Source: Longimicrobiales bacterium (GTDB lineage: Bacteria > Gemmatimonadota > Gemmatimonadetes > Longimicrobiales > Gaopeijiaceae). Taken from it: a stretch of 64,000 nt of DNA. Both the position numbers and the translations under genes were made by a program. The notes below the pieces were generated by a model. It was not told the origin of the DNA and did no database searches. It worked only from the letters and a program-made list of their open reading frames with translations. Positions within the stretch are counted from its first letter, which is position 1. Every line of letters starts with the position of its first letter. The stretch lies in the NCBI GenBank assembly GCA_965226375.1, contig CBDDCX010000008.1, positions 1,408,001 through 1,472,000 on the forward strand, written 5' to 3'. Positions 1 through 10,111 of this stretch are shown here, piece after piece.

Positions 1-482
1 CCTGGCAGCCGAGTCATGTCCTTCACACCCGACAGATACTTGTCGAGCTTTAGCCGTTCACGGTCGAGCAGGAGTCTCTCCTTCTTGGTGTAGAACTCGA
101 AAGCGCTCTCCTCCTGGCCTCGCTCCAGCTCCTTCAGACGGCGGATCTGCTTGCGGATGGTCTGGAAGTTGGTGAGCATGCCGCCCAACCAGCGCTCGGT
201 CACGTAATACGCGCCGCACGCCTCGGCCTCCTGCTCGATAATCCCCCGGAGCTGCCGCTTGGTGCACACGAAGAGCACGTGCTCGCCGGCCAGAACCACC
301 TCCCGCACGGCCTGTTGAGCGGTGATCAAACGATCCAGAGTCTTACGCAGATCGATGATGTGGATGCCATTGCGCTCCGTGAAGATGTACTTACGCATCT
401 TCGGATTCCAACGGCGAGTCTGGTGCCCGAAATGGACGCCAGCCTCAAGCAATTCGTTCAGGCCCACCTGCTGCTGCTGCAT
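1..482 (-). CDS. rpsB: 30S ribosomal protein S2 (3' part runs off the window)
   Basis: Hand translation from ATG at 482: MQQQQVGLNELLEAGVHFGHQTRRWNPKMRKYIF...RWLGGMLTNF. Missing from the ORF track because it is truncated. Confidence 0.97.
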   Translation of the reverse strand, partial: MQQQQVGLNELLEAGVHFGHQTRRWNPKMRKYIFTERNGIHIIDLRKTLDRLITAQQAVREVVLAGEHVLFVCTKRQLRGIIEQEAEACGAYYVTERWLGGMLTNFQTIRKQIRRLKELERGQEESAFEFYTKKERLLLDRERLKLDKYLSGVKDMTRLP

Positions 483-503
483 GTATCTCTTCGTCTCGAC
501 GTT

Positions 504-896
504 TTAACGCTTGGAGAACTGGAAGCGCTTCCGGGCCTTGGGGCGACCGGGCTTCTTCCTCTCGACCTTCCGGGAATCTCGGGTGAGGAACCCACCCGCC
601 CGCAACACCGGACGGAGCTCCTCATCCCGCTCTAACAACGCCCTGGCGAGGCCCATGCGGACGGCGTCGGCTTGACCCGTCGGGCCACCACCTCGAACGC
701 GGACAGTGATATCGAACTGTCCTTCCATCTCCACCGCCTTGAGCGGATGCTCGATGCGTTGTTGATGAGTCCACCGAGGAAAATAGTCTACCAGGGTGCG
801 CGAGTTGACCGACCAATCGCCTTTGCCGGGCTTGAGCGCCACGCGGGCAACGGCCGTCTTACGCCGGCCCACTGTCTGAATCTTGTCTTCCGCCAT
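504..896 (-). CDS. rpsI: 30S ribosomal protein S9
   Basis: GRRKTAVARV, GGGPTGQA, C-terminal KARKRFQFSKR. Confidence 0.98.
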   Translation of the reverse strand: MAEDKIQTVGRRKTAVARVALKPGKGDWSVNSRTLVDYFPRWTHQQRIEHPLKAVEMEGQFDITVRVRGGGPTGQADAVRMGLARALLERDEELRPVLRAGGFLTRDSRKVERKKPGRPKARKRFQFSKR

Positions 897-912
897 TAAA
901 TCGTTTTTCCGC

Positions 913-1341
913 TCAGAGCTCTAGGTGCTGAGGGTGCTGACTCTCATGCGGGTGCTCGGCACCCGCGTAGACCTTCAGCTTCTTACGCATATGTCGTCCA
1001 AGGGTATTCTTGGGAAGCATGCCCCTGACGGCCAATTGGATCACCCGATCCGGATGTCTCTCGATCATGCGCCGGAACGGGATGTGCTTCTCATGGCCCA
1101 TGTAACCCGAATGCCTGAAGTAGGTCTTCTGATCGGCCTTGTTGCCGGTCAACGCGACCTTCTCGGCATTGATCACCACGACGTAATCGCCCACATCGAG
1201 ATGAGGGGTGAACATTGGCTTGTGTTTTCCACGAATAATGCGCGCCACTTCAGTGGCGAGACGACCGAGGGTCTTCCCCTCCGCGTCGACGACCCACCAG
1301 GCGCGTTCGATTTCGTCAGCTTTCGGAGTGTATGTCTTCAC
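913..1341 (-). CDS. rplM: 50S ribosomal protein L13
   Basis: [37 protein letters not shown] at 1341 is the probable start (ORF track starts at 1356). Confidence 0.97.
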   Translation of the reverse strand: MKTYTPKADEIERAWWVVDAEGKTLGRLATEVARIIRGKHKPMFTPHLDVGDYVVVINAEKVALTGNKADQKTYFRHSGYMGHEKHIPFRRMIERHPDRVIQLAVRGMLPKNTLGRHMRKKLKVYAGAEHPHESQHPQHLEL

Positions 1342-1377
1342 CGTGTTCCCACGCATTGCTAAGCGACAGAACTATCA

Positions 1378-1406
1378 AGGATAGTAGAGGCCGCGAGGGG
1401 TGTCAA
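1378..1406 (-). promoter_or_regulatory. sigma70-type promoter for rplM-rpsI-rpsB
   Basis: Minus strand TTGACA (1406-1401), 17 bp spacer, TATCCT (1383-1378). Confidence 0.7.
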
Positions 1407-1517
1407 CGGGGGAAAGGGCAGCGTTTCCGGGGGGTTTCGCTGGGGCCAGACCCTCGACCATGTCGTCGCAGACGACGGGTCACTCGGGGCTCGACAGCCA
1501 CCCCGGCCCACCGAGCA

Positions 1518-2375
1518 TTACTCCTGGAAAAAGGTCTCCAGAAAGCGCGCTCTGGACGCATGCCGAAGACGCAGCAAAGCCTTCTCTTTGATCTGGCGGA
1601 CCCGCTCTCTGGTGATCCCCCACAAGGACCCGATCTCTTCCAGGGTCATCGGTTCTTGATCGTCCAATCCGAAGTACAGCCTGAGGATCTTCGCCTCTCG
1701 TTCCTTCAGGGTGGACAGCGCATCTTCGACGCTGTCCTTCAGAGCGTGCTCATACGCTTCGTCCTCCGGGCCCGGTGAGTACTGATCCGGTAGGTAGTCG
1801 AGAAGCCTATTGTCCTCGCCCGGCGTAATGGGCGCATCAAGCGACAGGTGGGACTGAGAAATCGCGAGGGTGCGCTCCACCTCTTCCTCGGAGATGTCGA
1901 GGTCCTGGGCGATCTCCTCGACGGTAGGCTCACGACCCAGCTCCTGCAAAAGGGCCGAAGTCCGACGTCCGATCCGATGGAGGGCACCCGCACGATTGAG
2001 AGGGACCCTGACGATCCGGCTCTGCTCGGCCAGCGCCTGGAGAATGGCCTGCCGAATCCACCACACGGCGTAACTGATGAACTTGATGCCCTTGGTCTCA
2101 TCGAACTTATGGGCCGCCCTGATGAGGCCGAGGTTACCCTCGTTGATCAGATCGGAGAGGGGTACACCTTGATTCTGATACTTCTTGGCGACCGAAACGA
2201 CGAATCGGAGATTGGAGCGGACGAGCTTGTTTAGCGCCTCTTCCTCGCCCCGCCTGATGCCCTTGGCGAGCCGTACCTCTTCGGCCTTGTCGATCAGCGG
2301 ATACTGGCTGATCTCTTTGAGGTACTGATCGAGCGATCCTTCCCGGAAAGAACCCCGACGGGAAGGAAAACTCAT
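1518..2375 (-). CDS. rpoD: RNA polymerase sigma factor, RpoD/SigA family (short, no region 1.1)
   Basis: YLKEI, NLRFVVSVAKKY, DLINEGNLGLIRAAHKFD, YAVWWIRQ, TRERVRQIKEKAL. Confidence 0.9.
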   Translation of the reverse strand: MSFPSRRGSFREGSLDQYLKEISQYPLIDKAEEVRLAKGIRRGEEEALNKLVRSNLRFVVSVAKKYQNQGVPLSDLINEGNLGLIRAAHKFDETKGIKFISYAVWWIRQAILQALAEQSRIVRVPLNRAGALHRIGRRTSALLQELGREPTVEEIAQDLDISEEEVERTLAISQSHLSLDAPITPGEDNRLLDYLPDQYSPGPEDEAYEHALKDSVEDALSTLKEREAKILRLYFGLDDQEPMTLEEIGSLWGITRERVRQIKEKALLRLRHASRARFLETFFQE

Positions 2376-2535
2376 CTAGTCCCTCCGTCGTTTACGGGTC
2401 TCGTCACGTCCCCGCCCGGAACGGGGGGGCACCGAAGCAAGCAAATGATACGGCGCGGCGCTCGTTGCGCAACCGCCCCAACGCAGAATCTTCGGGCGAG
2501 TCTTGGGTGTCGCTCGACAACCCGAGACAGCATCG

Positions 2536-3282
2536 TCAGCGTATTCGGCCGCCTACCCGATCCCACCGCACGGCCCGCAACCAGGGAGGTCGTTGTTCGC
2601 TCGTGGCGTCGAAGGAAAAATAGACGATCCAGGGCTGACCGCGGATCGCCCCCCTGTCTACGAATCCCCAGTAACGCGAGTCCTCGCTATTGTCGCGGTT
2701 GTCTCCAAGCACGAAGTAACTGCTGTCCGGAACGGCAAGGGGACCCCAGTTGTCGCGCGACGGTCGATACTCGCCACCTCGACCGCGCCGGCGGACCGTC
2801 TCTTCGGCCAACAGATGATTACTCTGCCATTTCATGTTGGGGTGAATGGCGTCGGTGCCGCTGCGGTCGATATAGCGCGCGAGATCCTCATTCATCTCGG
2901 CGCCGTTCAAATAGAGCGCCTTGTCCCTCATTTCGAGGGTGTCGCCGGGCAGGCCCACCACCCGCTTCACGTATTTCTTGAGGGGATCATGCGGAGGCTT
3001 GAATACCACCACGTCGCCTCGGCGTGGTTCTTTCACTGCGGGCAGGGTCATCCCAAGCCAGGGTACCTCGGCTCCGTATACGGCCTTGTTGACCAGCAGG
3101 AAGTCCCCCACCAGGAGCGTCCCCTCCATGGAGGACGTGGGGATCTTGAACGCCTCGACAAGGAAAGTACGGACGAGCAGAAACAGTATCAGGGCAAAAA
3201 AAAGCGACCTGGTCCAATCCCAAATTATCCGGAGCGGGCCCGCACTCCCTTGTTCTCGAGCCGCGTTCCCTTCGTCACTCAT
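2536..3282 (-). CDS. lepB: Signal peptidase I
   Basis: IPTSSMEGTL (catalytic Ser), YVKRVVGLPGD (Lys), GDNRDNSEDSRYWG. Confidence 0.96.
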   Translation of the reverse strand: MSDEGNAAREQGSAGPLRIIWDWTRSLFFALILFLLVRTFLVEAFKIPTSSMEGTLLVGDFLLVNKAVYGAEVPWLGMTLPAVKEPRRGDVVVFKPPHDPLKKYVKRVVGLPGDTLEMRDKALYLNGAEMNEDLARYIDRSGTDAIHPNMKWQSNHLLAEETVRRRGRGGEYRPSRDNWGPLAVPDSSYFVLGDNRDNSEDSRYWGFVDRGAIRGQPWIVYFSFDATSEQRPPWLRAVRWDRVGGRIR

Positions 3283-3494
3283 GTGTCATCCTTTACTCGA
3301 GCTCGATGCCTTCGACCACTTCCAGACACTCTCTCGGAAGGCGACACACCCAGCCCCCCTACCCGGCCACCTTCGATGCGTGGGAATCCAAAATACACGG
3401 GCGCAAGGCCTCCGTTCCAGCACGGTCACGAGGGCACGTCACTTCTCGAGCCTTCCCCCGAGAGGGGACCTGAGCCTAGTCTAGTAATAGCAGG

Positions 3495-4339
3495 TTGGTG
3501 TCGATCACGCCGTGCCAGGCCGGATCGGGTCGCGAGCATCGAAAGAAGAGCGTCGTGCGCGGAAAAGTCTCTCCAGTCTCGTTCGTCGTCCTGATCGCTG
3601 TCTTCGCCGTGGGCGTGAACGTGTTGCGCGACCGAGTGGCCATTTTCGGAGGCGGAGCGGGAGACAACACCGAAGGGACGTCCGAGTGCCCGGCAGGCGA
3701 CCCGTCGTTCTGCGATGAAGGTATCTTGGCCGGCCCCAACGCTGCGCGAGTCATTCTCCAGGCCAGCGAGACCTGCAAGGACGTCGGCTATCTCTGCGCC
3801 GAGCTCGAGGAATCAGACGTACAGCGCACGTATCGGTGGCCCGACGGCACCGCACGGCTGCGCATCCGTATCCCCCCCCTCCAGGTGCGGATCGAAACCG
3901 GGTTCGGGACCTCCAACGCGCAGCGGTCCGTGGCTTTCAGTACTGGAGTCGCAAGCCCTTCGAGCTGATTATCGATTCCCGCACGACGTCTTCGGAGCCG
4001 GCCGACATTACGGTCTCATGGAATTCGGGTCTCTCGGGATCTCAACTCGGAGTGACGCGCGTCGAGTGGCGCTTCGAGAACGGCGAGCCGCACTTCCGTG
4101 TGCATACGCTGACCTTGGCAACCCGAAACCGGATGAACTGGCGTCAGGATCTGACCCCGCAGCAGATCCTTCTCACCGCAGCGCACGAAATGGGCCACGC
4201 CCTGGGAGTGCCCCACAGCGACTCACCCCGCGACGTCATGTATCCCACCAACACCGCGCGTAGTCTCTCGACGAGGGACTTCAGGACGTTGGACGCGTTG
4301 TACAACCTGCCCAACGGAGCCGAGATCAGGAAGAACTAG
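3495..4339 (+). pseudogene. Matrixin/M10-like zinc metalloprotease, frameshifted (or sequencing indel)
   Basis: TM-bearing ORF 3495-3968 and ORF 3836-4339 (HEMGHALGVPHS plus Met-turn DVMYP) join if C8 at 3872-3879 were C9. The true start is uncertain. Confidence 0.75.
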
Positions 4340-4398
4340 TGTGGTGTAACAGAAGCCATGCTGCCATTCGGACGCTACCAGATTTCTGCTACACCACC

Positions 4399-5763
4399 CT
4401 AGAGGTCGTCGCGAGTCAGGCCGTATTTTTCGATTTTCTTGTACAGGTTCGAGCGTGGCATATCGATCCGGCGCGCCGTTTCGCTGACGTTCCAGTCGTT
4501 CTCCCGGAGCTTGTGGGTGATGTAGACGAGCTCCGCCTGCTCCTTGAAGTCACCAAACGTGTCGGTACCCAGAAGCGCCATGCCCAAACCATCCCCGGCG
4601 GTGGAACCACCAACGAGTGCATCCACATCGACCGCCCTTACGACCTCTCCGGGTGACAAAATGAGCAGTCTCTCAACCGTGTTCTTCAACTCTCGCACGT
4701 TACCAGGCCACTCCAGGACCTCGAGCCGTTCGAGCGCTCCCTCCTCCAGAATCTTGGGAGCGACGTGGGTCACCCCCACCGCCTGCCCGACAAAGTGGGC
4801 GACGAGGGCGCGGATGTCCTCCGGCCGTTCCCGCAGCGGGGGCACTACGATCGGCACTACGTTCAGTCGGTAGAAGAGATCTTCCCTGAATCTTCCTTCG
4901 GCGATCTCAATCGGCAGCTTCTTGTTCGTGGCGGCGATCACACGGACGTCGACCTGGATGGCCTTGGATCCGCCCACCCGGGTAATCACACCCTCTTCCA
5001 GGGCCCGAAGCACCTTGGCCTGAGCGGCCAGAGACATATCTCCGATTTCGTCCAGGAACAGGGTGCCTTGATGTGCCTGCTGGAACGTACCTGCTCGATC
5101 CGCCACGGCACCGGTGAAGGAGCCCTTCATGTGTCCGAACAGCTCAGATTCTATGAGCTCCGAGGGAATCGCGGCGCAGTTCACCTCCACGAAAGGGGCG
5201 TCTTGCCGGGCCGAGAGGCGATGAATGCCTCGTGCCACGAGCTCCTTACCCGTTCCATTCTCCCCCATGACGAGCACGCGTGCATCCGTCCCCGCCACCC
5301 GTTCGATTCGCTCCAACACGCCCCGAATCGAAGCCGAGTCCCCGACCATCCGGTACCGGTCATCGACTTCGTTGCGGAGCAGCTCGACACTGTGGCTGAG
5401 CCCTCGGAGCTCAAGGACATTTCGCAGACTCAGTAGAAGGCGGTCGGTATCGAGGGGCTTCTCCAGAAAGTCGAAGGCCCCCTTCCGCGTGGCATCGACG
5501 GCCGTGTCGATCGTGCCGTGGCCACTGATCATGACCACGTAGGCTCCCGGATCCACTTTACGGATACGGGAGAGCACCTCGAGACCGTCCAAGCCCGACA
5601 TCTTTACGTCGAGGAAGGTGACGTCGGGGCCGAACGACTGGAACAAATCGGTGGCCTCGGGACCGTCGGCAGCCGTCTTGACCTCATGCCCCTCGTACTC
5701 GAAGACCTGCCTGAGGGCGTGGCGGATGGACTCTTCGTCGTCGACGATCAGAATTCGTGACAT
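4399..5763 (-). CDS. Sigma54-dependent response regulator (NtrC/NtrX family)
   Basis: Receiver domain, GENGTGKE Walker A, GSFTGA, WPGNVREL, Fis-type HTH. Confidence 0.95.
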   Translation of the reverse strand: MSRILIVDDEESIRHALRQVFEYEGHEVKTAADGPEATDLFQSFGPDVTFLDVKMSGLDGLEVLSRIRKVDPGAYVVMISGHGTIDTAVDATRKGAFDFLEKPLDTDRLLLSLRNVLELRGLSHSVELLRNEVDDRYRMVGDSASIRGVLERIERVAGTDARVLVMGENGTGKELVARGIHRLSARQDAPFVEVNCAAIPSELIESELFGHMKGSFTGAVADRAGTFQQAHQGTLFLDEIGDMSLAAQAKVLRALEEGVITRVGGSKAIQVDVRVIAATNKKLPIEIAEGRFREDLFYRLNVVPIVVPPLRERPEDIRALVAHFVGQAVGVTHVAPKILEEGALERLEVLEWPGNVRELKNTVERLLILSPGEVVRAVDVDALVGGSTAGDGLGMALLGTDTFGDFKEQAELVYITHKLRENDWNVSETARRIDMPRSNLYKKIEKYGLTRDDL

Positions 5764-5789
5764 GCGTGTGCCGGGCTGGTTCCGTTCCC

Positions 5790-6452
5790 TCAGCGATCGC
5801 TTACGAGTACAAGACTGTCGCGGAGGATATAGGCGGACTCGAGTCCGTCGGGAAGCGGTATGGCAATGGCATCGTCGGGCAGTCCACCCACATACTCTCT
5901 ACCCAGGGCCTCCAGAATTTCTGGGATCATACGGTCGGGAAGCGGTATGAATCCCGCCTGCACTCGGTGGATGACAAGGGCATCCCAGCGCTCGTCGTCC
6001 AAGGGCGCAAGCGCACCGTCGAAGGAGACCTCGAGAGTGTCGGGCAGAAAGCCCAGAATGGCGTTCAAATCAGGCATCTGCGGGAAGGCAGCGATCGCCA
6101 CGCGAGCCAATAGGGTTATGACACCGTCCTTTATCGCGATCCGCGGCTCACCGATCCCCGCCGGGATGATGCCCGGGACCGAATAGCGAATGACGGATTC
6201 GATTTCGCTGGCACTCAGGGCCAACTGTCCTCCCACCTCCCCACGCCGTAACGCCTCGAACCGATCCATGGTGGCCTCGGCGAGTTCGGGCGACGCGACG
6301 ACCCCGGGAACGTCTTGCCCGCTGGAAAACAAAGCGGTCACCTGTGGGAAGAATGAGGGCCCCCAACGCCATCCCACATAGGCGGCCCCAACCAGCAGCA
6401 CCCCGAGAACGATCTTCCCGAGGCAGCTCTTCAAGCAGCCGAATCCGAGCAC
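5790..6452 (-). CDS. Hypothetical membrane-anchored protein
   Basis: 220-aa ORF with an N-terminal TM segment, tightly packed between neighbours on the same strand. Confidence 0.75.
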   Translation of the reverse strand: MLGFGCLKSCLGKIVLGVLLVGAAYVGWRWGPSFFPQVTALFSSGQDVPGVVASPELAEATMDRFEALRRGEVGGQLALSASEIESVIRYSVPGIIPAGIGEPRIAIKDGVITLLARVAIAAFPQMPDLNAILGFLPDTLEVSFDGALAPLDDERWDALVIHRVQAGFIPLPDRMIPEILEALGREYVGGLPDDAIAIPLPDGLESAYILRDSLVLVSDR

Positions 6453-6455
6453 CGC

Positions 6456-7013
6456 CTACCCCTCGAAAGTGGTACTGCGATGGAGGGTGTAGCGTGCTCC
6501 CGCCTTTGAAAGGCGGCTCCTCATCAGGTCGAGCTTCCGAACCTTGATCTCGCCTTTATAGGTCAAGGCTGCCGCCCTCTCATCCAGCCCGCGAAAAGCT
6601 CCAGCCCCGTTTTGCGCCTCCGCCCGTCCAAGGGTGAGATGGGGGTGAAACGCCCGAGTCTCGCGATTGAATCCACAGTCAGTGAGTGCCCACTCTAGGT
6701 CTTGCTTCAGACAACGGAGAGCGGGCGTGGGCTCGACTCCGACCCAGATGACTTGCGGCCTACGGATGGTCGGAAAAGCCCCGCACCCACTGACCGCAAG
6801 CTCGAGGGTACCCGTCGCCTGCGCTACACGGCCAACCGCCTGTTCCACGACTTCGATAGGCTCGTCCGCGACATCACCAAGGAACTTCAGAGTGATGTGG
6901 TATTTGTCGGGCTCCACCCAACGCACCGGCAGTCCGAGTCTCGGAGAACGCGAGCTGCGCGATATGCGGTCCTTTTCCTTCTTTGACAGATTGAGGGCTA
7001 CGAAGAGGCGCAT
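6456..7013 (-). CDS. thpR: RNA 2',3'-cyclic phosphodiesterase (2H family)
   Basis: MRLFVAL start; HITLKFLG and FHPHLTLGR (two HxT motifs). Confidence 0.93.
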   Translation of the reverse strand: MRLFVALNLSKKEKDRISRSSRSPRLGLPVRWVEPDKYHITLKFLGDVADEPIEVVEQAVGRVAQATGTLELAVSGCGAFPTIRRPQVIWVGVEPTPALRCLKQDLEWALTDCGFNRETRAFHPHLTLGRAEAQNGAGAFRGLDERAAALTYKGEIKVRKLDLMRSRLSKAGARYTLHRSTTFEG

Positions 7014-7226
7014 GCTGGGGATCACACCCTAGAAAGTTTGAGAATGAGTCGGACCTCCACGAATACTTGACAGCACGACCTTACCGCTCCGTCGCTGCGA
7101 AAAAATACCGGGTTGCTCCAGCGCTAACAACTGCCTGACCGCAAAAAAACGGGGTAACTGCTCAGAAGTGGGCCTGTGCGAAGCCGAAGTCGGCGGTACA
7201 GATGCCTGTGCGGCTCTCGCAAGCGG

Positions 7227-8243
7227 CTACTCGCGATCCGAGATAGGTGCCGAAAATGGTGTCTGCCCTTCGTTCACGATCCTCGTGGTAGGATAGGCCA
7301 AATCGATATCGGCCTCCCGGTCGACCACGTGCAACACCGCCTCCCAAAGGCTCTGCTGAACTCCCCGGCGTCGGCGCGGTTCCGTGAGGAAGCGCATGGT
7401 CAAGCATACCCCCTGGTCCACCACCGACGTGTATACGGTGGCGGTGACCGTGCCATACGAAATCAACATCCGGCTCGGACGCCGTTTGAGTGATTCCCTC
7501 GCCCGTTGACTGGTTTCTTCCGTCTCTTCCTGAACGATGGACACGAAGATCGCCTTGGCTTTCTGCCAGTCGCTCTCGAACGTGAGCACGATGGGGATTT
7601 CGTTCCACAGAAACGGAAACTCGGCCGTGGAGTTGGCGATGGGCTCGGTAAGAATCTTCGCATTGGGAATCCGGACGACCCGTCCCGTGCTCTGATCGGC
7701 CTCCACCCAGTTTCCGATCTCCAACAGCGTGAAATGAAGGACGGAAATGTCCACCACGTCACCGGCGTGCTCACCGATCTGCACCCGATCCCCGAGCGCG
7801 AGCGGCGGCTTGGTCATGATGACCACCCATCCGGCCAAATCCACGATGACGTCCTTCAGCGCGATGGCCACACCTGCAGTGAACAACCCGAGGAAGGTTC
7901 CTAACTGTCGAAGACCGTCTACCCAGATAGACCCGACGAACAGCACCGCGATGACCCACGTGACGTACGCGATGGACTTGCCCCACCGATACTGGAGGCT
8001 TCGGTCGTCGACTGTCCTGGCCACAACCCGCTGCAAGACCCTTCGTACGAACCAGATGGACAGCAGAACAATGACCGTGAGGCCGACTTTCCTCCCGGAG
8101 GCGCTGTCCAGGAACAACCCCTGGCTGAAGAAGTCGATACCCTGCGTCAGGGCGCTCTGAGCGGCGCTGTCTGGGACATTCTGAACTGCCCCCCAGATAA
8201 CGGAGCTCGTCACCGGCAGCTCCGTTGCGCCGACGGGCCCCAC
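7227..8243 (-). CDS. Small-conductance mechanosensitive channel (MscS family)
   Basis: Three TM segments, GVAIALKD, GDRVQIGEHAGDVVDI, IPN. Confidence 0.9.
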   Translation of the reverse strand: MGPVGATELPVTSSVIWGAVQNVPDSAAQSALTQGIDFFSQGLFLDSASGRKVGLTVIVLLSIWFVRRVLQRVVARTVDDRSLQYRWGKSIAYVTWVIAVLFVGSIWVDGLRQLGTFLGLFTAGVAIALKDVIVDLAGWVVIMTKPPLALGDRVQIGEHAGDVVDISVLHFTLLEIGNWVEADQSTGRVVRIPNAKILTEPIANSTAEFPFLWNEIPIVLTFESDWQKAKAIFVSIVQEETEETSQRARESLKRRPSRMLISYGTVTATVYTSVVDQGVCLTMRFLTEPRRRRGVQQSLWEAVLHVVDREADIDLAYPTTRIVNEGQTPFSAPISDRE

Positions 8244-8328
8244 CTGTCGCCTGGCGACCTAGTGTCCTGATGCATGGTTGGATGGTAGTGTGCAGGGCTC
8301 GGCTTCGGTACCCCGGCGCGGATCAGGC

Positions 8329-9861
8329 TCAGACTCGGTGCCTATCGAGGCTCCTATACTGAATCGCCTCCGCCGCATGGGCCGAGGTAATGCCCTTGCT
8401 ATCGTCGAGGTCGGCGATGGTCCGTGCCACTTTGAGGATTCGGTGGTACGCCCGCGCTGACAGCCGTAGTCGATCGAGGGCCCTCTGGAGTAGTCGCGCC
8501 ACGTCCGTGGACGGGCGACAGTGTCTACGGATCTCTGCCGGACCCATTTGGCCATTGGCAAAGACGCCGACCGAGTCGCGGAGGCGCTCGATCTGCCGGT
8601 CCCGGGCCCGGGTGACTCGCTCCCGCACGCTGGCCGTTCGCTCACCCCTCCGATCCTGTGCAAGCTCCCGAAACGGAACCGCCGGCACCTCAATGTGAAG
8701 GTCGATTCGATCCAGGAGCGGACCGGACACCTTGGATCGATAGCGCTGTATATGTGTGGGATCACATCCGCACCGTCCCCCGTCGTCTCCAAACCAACCG
8801 CACGGACACGGATTCATGGCTCCAGCCAGCATGAAACGCGCTGGATATCGGAGCGCCGAGCGAGCTCTAGCGTGGAACACCACTCCATCCTCCAACGGCT
8901 GTCGCAGCGCCTCGAGGACATGCCTCCGATACTCGGGGAGCTCGTCCAGGAACAGGACACCCTGGTGCGCCAGGCTGATTTCTCCGGGCCTGGGAATCGA
9001 CCCGCCTCCTACGAGACCGGCGTCACTCACCGTGTGGTGGGGAGCCCGAAAGGGCCGGCCCACGAGAAGGGAGCCCCCCGCCGGAACCAGGCCCGCCACC
9101 GAGTGGATCTTCGTAACCTCGATGGACTCGGCCACCGTCAGGGGAGGCAGAATGCCGGGGAGTCGCCGGGCCAGCATGGTCTTGCCTGACCCCGGCGGTC
9201 CCAACAGGAGCAGGTTGTGGCATCCCGCGGCGGCGATCTCCAGGGCCCGCTTCGCGAATTCCTGACCATGGACGTCGGTGAGATCCGCCGTTGGCGGTTC
9301 GGTCTCTCGGAGGAGACGTGCGGAGTCCACCGTGGTGGGTGTGATCAGGTGACCGCCCGCCAGATGCTCCAGGACGGTAGCCAGATCGTCGCAGCCGAAG
9401 ACCTGTAGATCGCTGACTCCCGCCGCCTCCCGCGCATTTTCGAGCGGAAGCATCAGCGCCCCCACCCCTCGGTCCATGCAGCCGGCGGCGATGGGAAGCG
9501 CTCCTCGAACCGGCCTCAGACGTCCACCCAGTCCGAGCTCCCCGACAAAGCAGAGTCCGTCCACACGATCCTGCGGGACCACACCCATGCCGATGAGGAG
9601 AGCTAGAGCGATGGGTAGATCGAAGGCACTCCCCTCTTTCGGGACGTCGGCCGGAGCCAGATTCACGGTGATGCGACGAGGAGGCAGAGAGTGCCCCACG
9701 TTCTGGAGCGCTGCGGTGACACGCTCTCGCCCCTCTCTGACCGCCCCCTGAGGCAGCCCGACGACGACGAACGCGGGCAGCCCCACGGACAAGTTGACCT
9801 CGACCGAGACGGGGTAGCTCTCGACTCCCTGCACGGAGGCTGAGCGAACGTAGGCGAGTAT
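8329..9861 (-). CDS. comM: YifB/ComM Mg-chelatase-like AAA+ ATPase
   Basis: ITVNLAPAD, GPPGSGKT, RPFRAPHH, LFLDELPE, NPCPCG. Family-like sequence extends to an in-frame ATA at 9861 downstream of a GGAGG. Confidence 0.93.
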   Translation of the reverse strand: MLAYVRSASVQGVESYPVSVEVNLSVGLPAFVVVGLPQGAVREGRERVTAALQNVGHSLPPRRITVNLAPADVPKEGSAFDLPIALALLIGMGVVPQDRVDGLCFVGELGLGGRLRPVRGALPIAAGCMDRGVGALMLPLENAREAAGVSDLQVFGCDDLATVLEHLAGGHLITPTTVDSARLLRETEPPTADLTDVHGQEFAKRALEIAAAGCHNLLLLGPPGSGKTMLARRLPGILPPLTVAESIEVTKIHSVAGLVPAGGSLLVGRPFRAPHHTVSDAGLVGGGSIPRPGEISLAHQGVLFLDELPEYRRHVLEALRQPLEDGVVFHARARSALRYPARFMLAGAMNPCPCGWFGDDGGRCGCDPTHIQRYRSKVSGPLLDRIDLHIEVPAVPFRELAQDRRGERTASVRERVTRARDRQIERLRDSVGVFANGQMGPAEIRRHCRPSTDVARLLQRALDRLRLSARAYHRILKVARTIADLDDSKGITSAHAAEAIQYRSLDRHRV

Positions 9862-10111
9862 CGATGTTCCTCCAGGTTGGGGAGATGGCCCCTAACTCTG
9901 ATAGGGAAGGATGGGCGAATCCATGTCCAGACAAGCCATGAACGGGTGACGATTCGTGGTCCGAGATAGGTGGAATGGACCACCGCTTTTTCGCGAAATC
10001 CATGGAGCGAAAAGTCGGCTGATATGGTGTCCCTGACCTGTACCACCTGGTGTGGTTGGGTGGTAGATTAGTGCGCTAAACTTCGAACCAGAACAAAGGT
10101 GGGAGCGCTCG

